A stretch of 63,989 nt of DNA, the filler included, from an uncultured bacterium (lineage in GTDB: Bacteria > Latescibacterota > UBA2968): the NCBI GenBank assembly GCA_964471275.1. It is 7 parts of 7 records of this genome, joined end to end, with 100 filler letters (N's around TTAATTAATTAA, not from the genome) between each part and the next. Parts side by side here need not be neighbours in the genome. Positions count along the whole stretch, not along the records: positions 9,389 to 18,668 come from CAYYGZ010000188.1; positions 18,769 to 27,822 come from CAYYGZ010000190.1; 5 more parts are not named here. One strand, given 5' to 3'. Within the stretch, counting starts at the first letter, position 1; each line of letters begins with the position of its first letter. The notes beneath the pieces are model-generated. The model searched no databases. It saw nothing but the letters and a program-made list of their open reading frames with translations, and was not told the DNA's origin. The position numbers and the translations under genes are program-made. This document shows positions 9,390 through 18,795 of the stretch, piece by piece.

Positions 9390-9491
9390 CTTGCGGGTCG
9401 TGTAAGGCCAAAGCAGATGATAGTGACGGCTCGGTTCACCGTAAGAGGCGGCATCACGACGGTGGTGAAAGCGAGTGTCGACAATGGCTGA
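9390..9491 (+). CDS. C-terminal end of a QueF-like T-fold protein (contig edge)
   Basis: LAGRVRPKQMIVTARFTVRGGITTVVKASVDNG* matches the QueF C-terminal P..h.h...F..RGGI motif. Its stop overlaps the next ATG. Confidence 0.7.
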   Translation, partial: LAGRVRPKQMIVTARFTVRGGITTVVKASVDNG

Positions 9492-9840
9492 CGCGACCCC
9501 GGAAGCGCTGCTCGAGACGTTCGAGAATCCGCGTTCCGACCGGCCCTACACGATCGAATTCACGTTCCCAGAGTTCACGTCGCTGTGTCCGATCACGGGA
9601 CAACCGGATTTCGCCACGATCATCGTCAAGTATGTGCCTCTCGAGCGATGTGTGGAACTTCGCTCGCTGAAGCTTTATTTTCAGGCCTACCGCAGTATGG
9701 GGATCTTCTTCGAAGGGGTGACGAACAAGATTCTGGATGACCTTGTCGCGGCGTGTGACCCACGTGAAATGACCATCGTTGGACGCTATAACGTGAGAGG
9801 GGGCGTGGCACACGAGTTGACTGCTACGCAATCCCGCTGA
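9484..9840 (+). CDS. queF: NADPH-dependent preQ0 nitrile reductase (unimodular)
   Basis: PEFTSLCPITGQPDFA, ELRSLKLYF and RGG motifs. Confidence 0.93.
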   Translation: MADATPEALLETFENPRSDRPYTIEFTFPEFTSLCPITGQPDFATIIVKYVPLERCVELRSLKLYFQAYRSMGIFFEGVTNKILDDLVAACDPREMTIVGRYNVRGGVAHELTATQSR

Positions 9841-9854
9841 GTGAGGAGACACAA

Positions 9855-10904
9855 GTGGAACTGCTGAAAGCACTGTGCGAGAGCTCGGGGATCCCGGGAC
9901 AGGAAGGAAGACTCAGAGAGATCGTCTCGAACGATTTGGGACCGGTCTCGGACGAGTCGCGCGTCGACGCACTGGGGAACCTGATCTTCAAGAAGGATGC
10001 GAGCAAGGGGAAGGCTCCTCTGAAGCTGATGATCGCTGCGCATATGGATGAGATCGGATTTGTCGTGTCGCACGTGGATGAGAACGGACTCCTGCGCCTC
10101 GTGCCTCTTGGCGGCCACGATCCACGGAATATGGTTGCACAGAGGGTTACGGTCGCCGGTAAACGGGGCGATCTGACCGGGCTTCTGTACCCCGGGGTGA
10201 AGCCCCCGCATATTCAGACGGATGCAGACCGAGCAAAGAAGCTGGCCGTGGCCGACTTTGTTGTGGATCTGCACCTGCCGGTGAGCCGCGTCAAGCGTGA
10301 CGTGGAAGTCGGAACGATGGTGACGCTGCAACGAGACTTCGCAGCCATCGGGAATGGGTACTCCTGCAAGGCGCTCGACAACCGTGTCGCGCTCTACGTG
10401 ATGGTAGAGGCGATGAAGGCAGCGAAGTCGTTTGGATTCGAGACCTACGCTGTTGCGACAACCCAGGAAGAGATTGGATTGCGCGGGGCATCCGTCAGCA
10501 CGTTCGGTGTGGAACCGGACGTCGGCGTAGCCCTCGACACGACGATCGCTGCAGATATTCCGGGCGTGCCTGAACACGAGCAGGTGACAAGACTGGGCGA
10601 GGGTGTGGCTATCAAGCTGATGGATTCGGCATCGATCTCACATGCTGGTCTGGTCAAGCACGCAAAGTTGCTCGCAACGCGACGCAAGATCAAGCATCAG
10701 ATGGAAATCCTGCCTCGAGGCGGTACGGACGCAGGTGCAATGCAGCGCATTCGTGCCGGTATCCCCGTGATCACTTTCTCTATACCCACACGCTACATCC
10801 ACACCTCCGTGGAGCTCGTAAATAAGCGAGACGTCCAGGGGGCCATCCGTCTCCTAACGGCGTTTCTCGAAGACGGCCAGAAGGCTGATCTCTCGCTTGT
10901 CTGA
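9855..10904 (+). CDS. M42 family metallo-aminopeptidase
   Basis: AAHMDEIG, KALDNR, QEEIGLRGA, GGTDAG and RYIHT metal-ligand motifs. Confidence 0.93.
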   Translation: MELLKALCESSGIPGQEGRLREIVSNDLGPVSDESRVDALGNLIFKKDASKGKAPLKLMIAAHMDEIGFVVSHVDENGLLRLVPLGGHDPRNMVAQRVTVAGKRGDLTGLLYPGVKPPHIQTDADRAKKLAVADFVVDLHLPVSRVKRDVEVGTMVTLQRDFAAIGNGYSCKALDNRVALYVMVEAMKAAKSFGFETYAVATTQEEIGLRGASVSTFGVEPDVGVALDTTIAADIPGVPEHEQVTRLGEGVAIKLMDSASISHAGLVKHAKLLATRRKIKHQMEILPRGGTDAGAMQRIRAGIPVITFSIPTRYIHTSVELVNKRDVQGAIRLLTAFLEDGQKADLSLV

Positions 10905-12036
10905 TCTGAGAGCGAAATCTCTCCTCCTGATCGCCACGCTGCTCTTTGTGTCGCCGGTGTTTGCGCGCGACGTCGAAGTTCTTGTCGAGAGCCGGAAGGG
11001 GATAGGTCTGATTCCCAGCTTCTGGAACGGTGCCGTCTATGCGGGTGGAGAATTTCCCGTTGAGGGGCTGAACTGGGTGCATATCGATCCGACGCTGGTC
11101 GCAACGGCGTGGCGAGAGAAGATCGGTGGTGGTGGCCCCGGATGGGTGGCGCTCGATGGCGCCATAGATGCTGCGAGATTGGCGGGAGCCCGGGTTCTGC
11201 TGCCGCTGCCGACGTCTGCTGCACCGAAGAACGAGGCGACCTGGAGCGCGCGTGTTGAAGATACGGTGAGAAGAACCCACGACCGTGTTGACCGGTATGA
11301 TATCCAGGGCGATGTGACCGTATCGTCGGGCCGGTACCTCGATCTGTATGAGGCAGGTGTCTGGGCGGCGTATCAGGGATATCACAAAGCGGTTGTGGGT
11401 GGACCCGGTGTCGGTCTCGAATCGGGATTGCCGCAGGCATTGATGCAGCTATGCAGCGACCGGGATCTCCCGATTGCTTTTGTGAGTTGGGCCGTGAAGG
11501 CACAGACCGGCGAGGAGGCGGAAGCGTCTTTCTCTCGCGTGGAAGGCACGCTCGACCGCGTCGGGTTCAAGGATCGACCTGCGGCGATTGTTTCGAAGTG
11601 GATGATGGATGATCTGCCGAATGCATCTGGTGTAACTCTGTCGTTTCTACACAGTCTGACTCAGGTGAATCTGGATGCGGCTTTTGCGGAATTGCGATCC
11701 CTCCGGTGGGGGATGCCCGCTCTGCGTATCTACCACAGGCTGGGGCAGGTCGAGATTCCGATGCTCTTCGAGCCTGAAGATGAACTTCACGGTGTCGCTA
11801 CGCTTGATGGTGACGATGTGCGGATGCTGCTCTGGTCTGATCGAACATCGCAGGCGAATCTGTCGATCAGCGGAATGCGGTGGGGGAGGACGTATGCATA
11901 CGAGCGATCGGTTGTCGGTCTGCGGAGGACGCAGGTCGTGGAGACGAGCGAACTGAGGGCAGAGGATCCGGTCAAGATATCGGTGACGGTTTCGCGGGGG
12001 AGTCCGATGTTTCTGACGTTGACGCCGAGGAATTAG
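10897..12036 (+). CDS. secreted GH39-like (clan A TIM-barrel) protein, apparently non-catalytic
   Basis: Signal peptide, LDGAID, YLDLYE..A....KAVVGGPG and IAFVSW follow the GH39 pattern, but both catalytic Glu positions look substituted. Confidence 0.55.
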   Translation: MSDLRAKSLLLIATLLFVSPVFARDVEVLVESRKGIGLIPSFWNGAVYAGGEFPVEGLNWVHIDPTLVATAWREKIGGGGPGWVALDGAIDAARLAGARVLLPLPTSAAPKNEATWSARVEDTVRRTHDRVDRYDIQGDVTVSSGRYLDLYEAGVWAAYQGYHKAVVGGPGVGLESGLPQALMQLCSDRDLPIAFVSWAVKAQTGEEAEASFSRVEGTLDRVGFKDRPAAIVSKWMMDDLPNASGVTLSFLHSLTQVNLDAAFAELRSLRWGMPALRIYHRLGQVEIPMLFEPEDELHGVATLDGDDVRMLLWSDRTSQANLSISGMRWGRTYAYERSVVGLRRTQVVETSELRAEDPVKISVTVSRGSPMFLTLTPRN

Positions 12037-12067
12037 GGGCAGGACAGGGAGAGGCAGTGCTTGATGC

Positions 12068-13222
12068 TTAGAGGGCTTGGCGGTATAGAATGGTGAAGTC
12101 AATGGGGGTGCAGAGACGGGGGTTTGTGATGTGGTTGGGGTCCTCGATGGCCTGGCTGACGAGGGCGGGGATCTGAGACTCGGTGACACCGACGGCGGAC
12201 AGGTTTCGGGGGATGTTGATCCGTTCCGTCAATGAACGAACGGCTTCTATCGCGGCATCCGCTCTCTCCTCGTCTGATTGCCCGTCTACCGGGCACCCCA
12301 TCGCCTGCGCAACATTTCCCAGTCTTTCAGTCGCTGCCGGTTTGTTGTAGGCCATAACGTGCGTGAGTATGATCGCATTGGCCAGTCCGTGCGGTACGCC
12401 CGCGATTGTCGAGAGTGGGTGAGCCATCGAGTGTGCGGCTCCCAGGTCCTTCTGGAATGCGATCGCGCCCATACTCGATGACAACATCATGTTCGAGCGG
12501 GCTTCGATACTCCCACCTTCTTTGACCGCTGTTTCCAGATTTTCCGAAGCAAGACGAATTCCTCCCAGAGCAACTGCATCGCAGATCGGATGGTAGGCGG
12601 TCGAGAGGTAGGCCTCAAGGTTGTGCGTGAGTGCGTCCATTCCCGTGGCCGCAGTGATGTGCGATGGCAGACCCAGCGTCAGTTCGGGATCGCACAACGC
12701 AATCTGCGGGAGCAGCTTTGGGCCGCAGATCACCGCTTTCCGATTGCCGTCGGCGAGTGTGACAACGGCACTTCTCCCGACCTCGCTGCCTGTTCCTGCG
12801 GTCGTTGGGATGGCGATGATGGGCGGGACGTTCTCGGTCATGTTCCTGTCTCCGCCGGTCTGTATTTCATAGTCGTTGAAGGATGCGTGGTGATTCTTCC
12901 GCAATGCAGCAGCTTTGGCCGCATCCATCGCGCTTCCGCCGCCGAGTCCGATCACGACGTCGCACGATTCCGCTCTGAGGAGTTCGGCAGCTCGGTTGAC
13001 ACAGGACTCCGTAGGGTTCGGCTCGACTTCGGTGAAAAGGACGGTTTGGGCAGTCTTGTCGATCTGGGCCCGGACACGTTCGACAATACCGGCTTTGACG
13101 AGACCTTGGTCGGTGACGAGGAGAACTCGCTTTAATGAGAGCTCGGCCAGGAGGCCAGGGAGGCGGGTGATGGCGGCCGGGCCGAAAACGATGTGGTTCG
13201 GGTATGAGAAGTTTGTGATCAT
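12068..13222 (-). CDS. iron-containing alcohol dehydrogenase
   Basis: GGGSAMDAAK, PTTAGTGSE, GMDALTH, HSMAH and HGLANA. Confidence 0.94.
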   Translation of the reverse strand: MITNFSYPNHIVFGPAAITRLPGLLAELSLKRVLLVTDQGLVKAGIVERVRAQIDKTAQTVLFTEVEPNPTESCVNRAAELLRAESCDVVIGLGGGSAMDAAKAAALRKNHHASFNDYEIQTGGDRNMTENVPPIIAIPTTAGTGSEVGRSAVVTLADGNRKAVICGPKLLPQIALCDPELTLGLPSHITAATGMDALTHNLEAYLSTAYHPICDAVALGGIRLASENLETAVKEGGSIEARSNMMLSSSMGAIAFQKDLGAAHSMAHPLSTIAGVPHGLANAIILTHVMAYNKPAATERLGNVAQAMGCPVDGQSDEERADAAIEAVRSLTERINIPRNLSAVGVTESQIPALVSQAIEDPNHITNPRLCTPIDFTILYRQAL

Positions 13223-13360
13223 TCAGTTTCTCTGGATGGTAGTGGTAAGCCCTTCAACGCAGAGGGCGCTGAGAACGCAGAGAGGACAGGGGCTGCGCAA
13301 GGCTCTACCTGAGCGGACCCAGAACACCACGATAGGGCCTATGGAGTCTGAGTGTGTCGA

Positions 13361-14710
13361 TTACGTGACTTCGAAGTAGCGGGCGAGTTCCCAATCGGTG
13401 ACGGCTTTCTCGTAACGACGGACTTCGTATTCGCGCGTCATCACGTAGTGATCGACGAAGGTGTCCGTCAGGTATGCACGTGCGTCCGGATTGGCGATCA
13501 GGAGCGCCGTGGACGCGCTCAAGTTTGGCGGAAGCGCCGTCAGATCCTCTGCTTCGTATGCATTGCCCGCAGTTGCACTGGGAGGCGTCAGGCCTTTATT
13601 GATGCCGTATAGACCCGAGGCCAGCGCAGCGGCCATCGCGAGGTAGGGATTCGCGTCGGCACCCGGCAGGCGGCATTCGAGACGAGCAGCTCCCGGGCTG
13701 TTTCCCGGTATGGCACGGACTGCTGTGGTGCGATTCTCGATGCCCCAGGAGACGTTGATCGGTGACCAGACCCCAGGCACGGCTCGTTTGTAGGAGTTGA
13801 TGTTGGGGCAGTACAGAGCGGTCATCGCGGGCATCAGAGCCAGGATGCCAGCCATATAAGACTGCGCGAGATCAGAGAGCGGTCCGGAGTCGGAAGCGAA
13901 CAGGTTGTCGCCATCGCCGTCGACCAGGCTTTGATGAATGTGACCGCTGCAACCCGGCAGATCGGCATTCCACTTGGCCATAAAAGTCGCGATCAGGTCG
14001 TGACGAGGCGCCAGTTCCTTGATGCCATTCTTGTAGAGTGCGCCCCTGTCAGCGGCGGTGACGCCGTCGGTGTAGCGGATTGCGGCCTCATAGACGCCCG
14101 GGCCCGTCTCCGTGTGGATCCCTTCGACGGGAACACCGAAGGCGTCCATCGAGCCAATGATGTCGTGAACGAGCTCAGAGTAGGTGGACGCGCGAACCGC
14201 ACTGTAACCGAACATTCCCGGTGACAGCGGCTTCAGGTCTCTGAATCCCTTCTCGTATACCGAGTGGCTGGATTCGCGGAAGAAGAAGAATTCGTACTCG
14301 GCTGATGCGCGGAAGGTGTAACCCATCGTGCGAGCACGCTCGATCAGACCGTTGAGGAGGTGGCGTGGTGAAAGCGGATAGGGATTCCCGTCACTGTCAT
14401 ACATATCCATCAGGAAGAACGCGGTGTTCGGTTCCCACGGTACGATGCGGAACGTGTCGAGGTCGATCTTGACGAGCGAGTCCGGGTAGCCGGTGCTCCA
14501 GCCGGTCAGGCTTTCCCTGTCGTAGAGGTTATCGTTCATGTCCCAGCCAAACAGGACATCGCAGAAGCTCATACCGGAAGCGGCAGCCGATTCGAATTTG
14601 TCACGCGACACATACTTGCCACGCAGGATCCCGTCGATGTCGAAGGTGCCGAGTCGGATTCGCTGAATGTCGTTCGTTTCGAACGCGCTGAGGATGTCCG
14701 TCAACTCCAA
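13361..14710 (-). CDS. glutamine synthetase family protein (PuuA-like gamma-glutamyl ligase)
   Basis: DIDGILRGK, EYEFFFF, HTETGPGVYE, ATFMAK, SGHIHQSL and ECRLPGADANPY. The ammonia-site region resembles glutamylating GS-like enzymes rather than GlnA. Confidence 0.9.
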   Translation of the reverse strand: MELTDILSAFETNDIQRIRLGTFDIDGILRGKYVSRDKFESAAASGMSFCDVLFGWDMNDNLYDRESLTGWSTGYPDSLVKIDLDTFRIVPWEPNTAFFLMDMYDSDGNPYPLSPRHLLNGLIERARTMGYTFRASAEYEFFFFRESSHSVYEKGFRDLKPLSPGMFGYSAVRASTYSELVHDIIGSMDAFGVPVEGIHTETGPGVYEAAIRYTDGVTAADRGALYKNGIKELAPRHDLIATFMAKWNADLPGCSGHIHQSLVDGDGDNLFASDSGPLSDLAQSYMAGILALMPAMTALYCPNINSYKRAVPGVWSPINVSWGIENRTTAVRAIPGNSPGAARLECRLPGADANPYLAMAAALASGLYGINKGLTPPSATAGNAYEAEDLTALPPNLSASTALLIANPDARAYLTDTFVDHYVMTREYEVRRYEKAVTDWELARYFEVT

Positions 14711-14722
14711 GGTTCGATCTCC

Positions 14723-15556
14723 CTACATCAGGTTTCTGAGAAACTGTGCCGATCGGCTGGCCGCTTCCTGTGGCTCGAGGTCACCGTCTAAGGCGTGATG
14801 CAGTGTAACGTAGCCAGTATAGCCGATCTGCTTGAGTCCGGTGAAGACGCTGTCAAAGTCGATCCCTTTACAGGAGTCGAGCGGGTAGAGTCTTGTATCA
14901 ATCCGCCCACGACACCACGTCTCGATGGGCTGAGGGCCGCCTTCCTCCGGAATATGGTTCTGAAGGTAGACGTTGAACAGGAAGTGCCGATACTGCTCGA
15001 GTGTGCCCGGGCCATACGGTTGNNNNNNNNNNTGAGCACTGAGTGCCAGATTCGCAGGCTCGTAGATGATACCGAAGTTCGGCCGCCCGACACGGGCGAC
15101 ATTCTCGACCGACTCTAAAACGGTTTCGAACAAGCTCTGTGTGTGTGACTGGTGCGCGATCCGGATGGACCGCTCTGCGGCTTCGTCCGATGCCCGAGCG
15201 GCCCACTCAATGTCTTCATCTGTCTTCATACACACACGGATCAGGTCTGTGCCCATGCTTGCAGCAAGGTCGAGATAGGGTGTGATGTTGCGAAGGCATC
15301 CGGGGCCAGCCTCGCCGTTTTCGGGTACGGCGAAGTCACCGGTGATCATCGACACATTCAGATGATGTTGCCGCAGCGTCTCGCCGACCCGGGCTACCCT
15401 CTCGGCGGAATCCTGCACCCCGAGCATCGACGCACGCAGGCAGAGCGCATCGTATCCGGCAGTGCTCGCAATCTCTGCAAGTTCCTCCAGGGAGATCCGA
15501 ACCTCCCGCTTGTTGCTGAAACTTTCAGCAACTCTCACGGATAAGGACAGCTTCAT
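14723..15556 (-). CDS. sugar phosphate isomerase/epimerase (xylose isomerase-like TIM barrel)
   Basis: A..GYDAL.LR, NFGIIYEPANL, GIDF..VF..LK.IGYTGYVT. Contains a 10-N scaffold gap at 15023-15032. Confidence 0.75.
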   Translation of the reverse strand: MKLSLSVRVAESFSNKREVRISLEELAEIASTAGYDALCLRASMLGVQDSAERVARVGETLRQHHLNVSMITGDFAVPENGEAGPGCLRNITPYLDLAASMGTDLIRVCMKTDEDIEWAARASDEAAERSIRIAHQSHTQSLFETVLESVENVARVGRPNFGIIYEPANLALSAXXXXQPYGPGTLEQYRHFLFNVYLQNHIPEEGGPQPIETWCRGRIDTRLYPLDSCKGIDFDSVFTGLKQIGYTGYVTLHHALDGDLEPQEAASRSAQFLRNLM

Positions 15557-15718
15557 CTGGCGATCTCCAGCTATTCGCATCGGTTAACGACCAGTCACCA
15601 GACAGGGGACGATCTATGTGATCCTGGTGCCCGGTCCCAACTGCGCGTCTTGCCCCGATGAAATCCCGCACTTATCTCGACGGAACACGTGAATACAAAC
15701 CATCTTTAGCGCCAAGAC

Positions 15719-15763
15719 AATCTATGTCGTGGTGCGTGAATCTGTCAATACAAGACATAGTGT
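15719..15763 (-). promoter_or_regulatory. candidate sigma70 promoter with flanking inverted operator-like sites
   Basis: Minus strand TTGACA-18-TAGATT. CTATGTCGTG (15722) and CAAGACATAG (15751) form an inverted pair around the -35. Confidence 0.45.
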
Positions 15764-15925
15764 ATCTATAAGTTTACTCTGGATTTACGGTAAGTTTTAA
15801 CCTAAAATCTTTTCACGTTTGCTGAAAGGGAACCGGTCTCTTGACGATGAGTATAAGAGAGAAAGGTTTCTCCTCCCAATTTGAGTGAAACGCGATGGAT
15901 GCAGAGGATATCCAGGGGTCGATCC

Positions 15926-16609
15926 ATGATTGAGATGAAGGTTGTCAACCTGACGGACCAGAACAACCAGCGGATGGTCTGGCTCCAGAGTCTTGAGGAC
16001 GAGACGATGCTCCCGATCCTGATTGGGGATGCAGAAGCGATCGCCATTTCGGTGGAGCTTGCCGGCAAGCAGATGGTTCGTCCTCTCACGCACGATCTAC
16101 TCAAGGCTATACTCGATCGATTCGATGCGACGGTCGAGCGAATTAACATTGTAGATCTGAAAGACGAGATTTTCTACGCTGAACTGATCCTTGCGTGCAG
16201 CGGTCGGGAAATCCGGATTGACGCGCGTCCAAGCGACAGTATCGCACTCGCCCTCAAGTATGATGCGCCGGTCTATATCGAAGAGGAAGTTCTGAACATT
16301 ACGGGTGGTCGTGTGAAGACCGGCAAGGCAGGCGTCTCCTACTTCGAGAAGATGGAAGACGACGGACTTGAACTCGATCTCGATTTTGAACCCTCACCGA
16401 TGAACGAGCTCGATCTGGAAGAGGCAGTCAAAGATCTGATCGATAAGACCGGGCTCGAAGAGGTCGAGATCGAAGAAGAAGAACGTCCAGGTGAGACCGT
16501 CGCTCGTGTGGCGTTTCTGAAGCAGCAGATGGATCAGGCGATCAAAGAAGAACGATATGAGGATGCGGGGCAGTTGAGGGACGAGATCGATCGGATGGAT
16601 GAGGGATAG
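15926..16609 (+). CDS. bifunctional nuclease (DUF151/BFN) with C-terminal UVR domain
   Basis: LPILIGDAEAIAI, RPLTHDLL, IDARPSDSIALAL, and C-terminal AIKEERYEDAGQLRDEI. Confidence 0.92.
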   Translation: MIEMKVVNLTDQNNQRMVWLQSLEDETMLPILIGDAEAIAISVELAGKQMVRPLTHDLLKAILDRFDATVERINIVDLKDEIFYAELILACSGREIRIDARPSDSIALALKYDAPVYIEEEVLNITGGRVKTGKAGVSYFEKMEDDGLELDLDFEPSPMNELDLEEAVKDLIDKTGLEEVEIEEEERPGETVARVAFLKQQMDQAIKEERYEDAGQLRDEIDRMDEG

Positions 16610-16756
16610 ACGGGCAGTGAGTAGGGAGTAGAGAATCGGTAGAACAAGAGGCAGGTCGTCCTGAGGGGAGTCGAGGGCGACCTGTTTTTTTGTGCATGGG
16701 ATGAGCGTGAGAGCCCTCTCCTCTGAACGGGAGAGGGAATCAAAAGGCAGAAAAAT

Positions 16757-17521
16757 CTAGGACAAGATGGTGGCGTGTTCTTCAACGTGGCCGACGTTTT
16801 CGTCAACTTGCTGTTCTGAGGTCATACCGATGGTGATGGCGTCGATGGCGGGGAGATCGAGAGCGAAGTGGATGGCGTTTCGGACGTCGTGGTCGAGTTT
16901 GCCGGCCCCGACAACCTTCATTCCGTAGACACCAATGTTCGCGTCGTCCATCTGTTCGAGGATCTGGATGATCTCTTCCGGGGTGCCGTCCATATTGTGA
17001 CCGCCGTAGTTGATTCTGGCGAGAACGACGTCGACCCAGTCGGTGCGCGCAGCAGTTTCGAGTGCACCCAGATCGTGGCACGAAACGCCGTGTGCACGGA
17101 TCTTGCCCGCCTCCTTCGCTTCACTCAGCGCATCCATAGCGCCGCGACATTTTCTCGGCCAATCATCGCTCGTGAGACAATGCATCAGGACGATGTCGAT
17201 GCAGTCGGTGCCCAGTTCGGTCAGGCATCGGTTGATGTCGGCTGTAACGCTCTCGTGGTCACGCGATGTGGTTTTCGAGGTGAGTGTCACGTTTTCGCGG
17301 CCGACGATTCTGCAGGCGGCGGCAACGTGCGGGTGACTGCCGTATTGATCTGCGGAATCCCAGAACGTCACGCCCTTGTCGTAGGCGTAGGCCAGCAGGT
17401 TTGTAAGCACTTTCAGTCCCAGATCGGTCTGGTTCGATCGGCCCTGCCATCCGTTTGTTCCCGTGCCGAAGCACAGTTTCGAGACTTCGATCCCTGCTTT
17501 CCCAAGCGTTCCGCTTTCCAT
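16757..17521 (-). CDS. aldo/keto reductase
   Basis: VSKLCFGT, WDSADQYG, TSK, IDIVLMH and GKIRAHGVS. Confidence 0.9.
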   Translation of the reverse strand: MESGTLGKAGIEVSKLCFGTGTNGWQGRSNQTDLGLKVLTNLLAYAYDKGVTFWDSADQYGSHPHVAAACRIVGRENVTLTSKTTSRDHESVTADINRCLTELGTDCIDIVLMHCLTSDDWPRKCRGAMDALSEAKEAGKIRAHGVSCHDLGALETAARTDWVDVVLARINYGGHNMDGTPEEIIQILEQMDDANIGVYGMKVVGAGKLDHDVRNAIHFALDLPAIDAITIGMTSEQQVDENVGHVEEHATILS

Positions 17522-17657
17522 AGACGGCCTCAGTCAAAGTGTGTGCTTCCTCGCGACGCGCGTTGGTCTATCCAGATCGACCGCACCGGCGCCAACTCTT
17601 GTATATTACTGACTTCGGATATGTCCAGCAAGAGGCTCTAGAGGAGAAGGTATCGAT

Positions 17658-18668
17658 ATGAAGCTGGGTTTGGTGGGGCTTCCGCAAGTTGGGAAGAAGA
17701 CGTTGTTTGAGCTGCTGACCGGGCAGGTCCCCGGTATGGATCGCCCCCTGCCCGGGATCGCGGATGTGCGAGATCAACGATTCGACAAGCTGGTCGATCT
17801 CTATAACCCGGAGAAGCGGACGCCTGCACAGATCGATTTTGTGATGCTCCAGGATATGGACACCGTGGCCGAACGCAATCGAGAGCTCTTCCTGCTTTTC
17901 GAGAAGGTGGATGTGATCTGCTATGTCGCCCGGGCCTTCGAGGACGATACTGTCTTCCACGTTGACGGGGATGTCAACGCCGAGCGCGATATCAACACGT
18001 TTGCGGAGGAACTCGAACTCGGGGACCTCATCTTTATTGAGAAGCGGCTGGTCAGGATCGAGAAGGATGTCGGTCGCAAGCTCGACCCGGCAGAGGCAGA
18101 CAAGGAACGCGGCCTTCTGACACGTATGAAGGACCATCTCGAGGAAGGGAAGACGCTTGTTTCTTTTTCCTTCAACGAGGAAGAAGAACGGATCATTTCG
18201 AGCTATCCGTTCTTGACGCGAAAGCCCGTTGTCGTGGTTCTGAATGTCGGTGATCGTGATATCGGCGACGAGACACTTCTCAACAGGCTCGATGAGACAT
18301 ACACGCCGAAGGGATTCAGGTGGATCGCCATATCCGCGCAGGTGGAGCAGGAGATCTCGCAACTCGATGAAGACGAACGGGAAGCGTTTCTGGCCGATCT
18401 GGGGATCCAGTCGGCGGCGATCGATCGGATGACGCTGCTGTGCTACAAGGCCTTGGGTTTGATCTCCTTCTTCACGGTTGGCGAGGATGAAGTTCGGGCG
18501 TGGACGATTCGGAACGGATCTAGAGCACCGCAAGCCGGGCGTGCGATACATCAGGACATCGAACGCGGTTTTATCCGGTCTGAAGTGATGCGATACGACG
18601 ATTTGATCGATCTGGGCAGTGAGCAGAAGTGCAAGGAGTCAGGGAAGCTTACGCAGAAGGGGAAGGAT
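17658..18668 (+). CDS. ychF: redox-regulated ATPase YchF-like (truncated at contig end)
   Basis: GLVGLPQVGK, LISFFTVGEDEVRAWTI and AGRAIHQDIERGFIRSEV. Some G-motif residues are divergent. Confidence 0.85.
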
Positions 18669-18768
18669 NNNNNNNNNNNNNNNNNNNNNNNNNNNNNNNN
18701 NNNNNNNNNNNNTTAATTAATTAANNNNNNNNNNNNNNNNNNNNNNNNNNNNNNNNNNNNNNNNNNNN
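18669..18768. other. artificial contig linker
   Basis: N44-TTAATTAATTAA-N44. Confidence 0.98.
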
Positions 18769-18795
18769 GACGACAACGAAGAAAGGAACTGCGTC

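Noticed and set aside
9389..9483. preQ1 riboswitch upstream of queF
   Set aside because: No preQ1 consensus is visible, and the region is the coding tail of a QueF-like gene.
15023..15032. Apparent disruption of the isomerase gene
   Set aside because: It is a 10-N scaffold gap of unknown true length, not a biological lesion.
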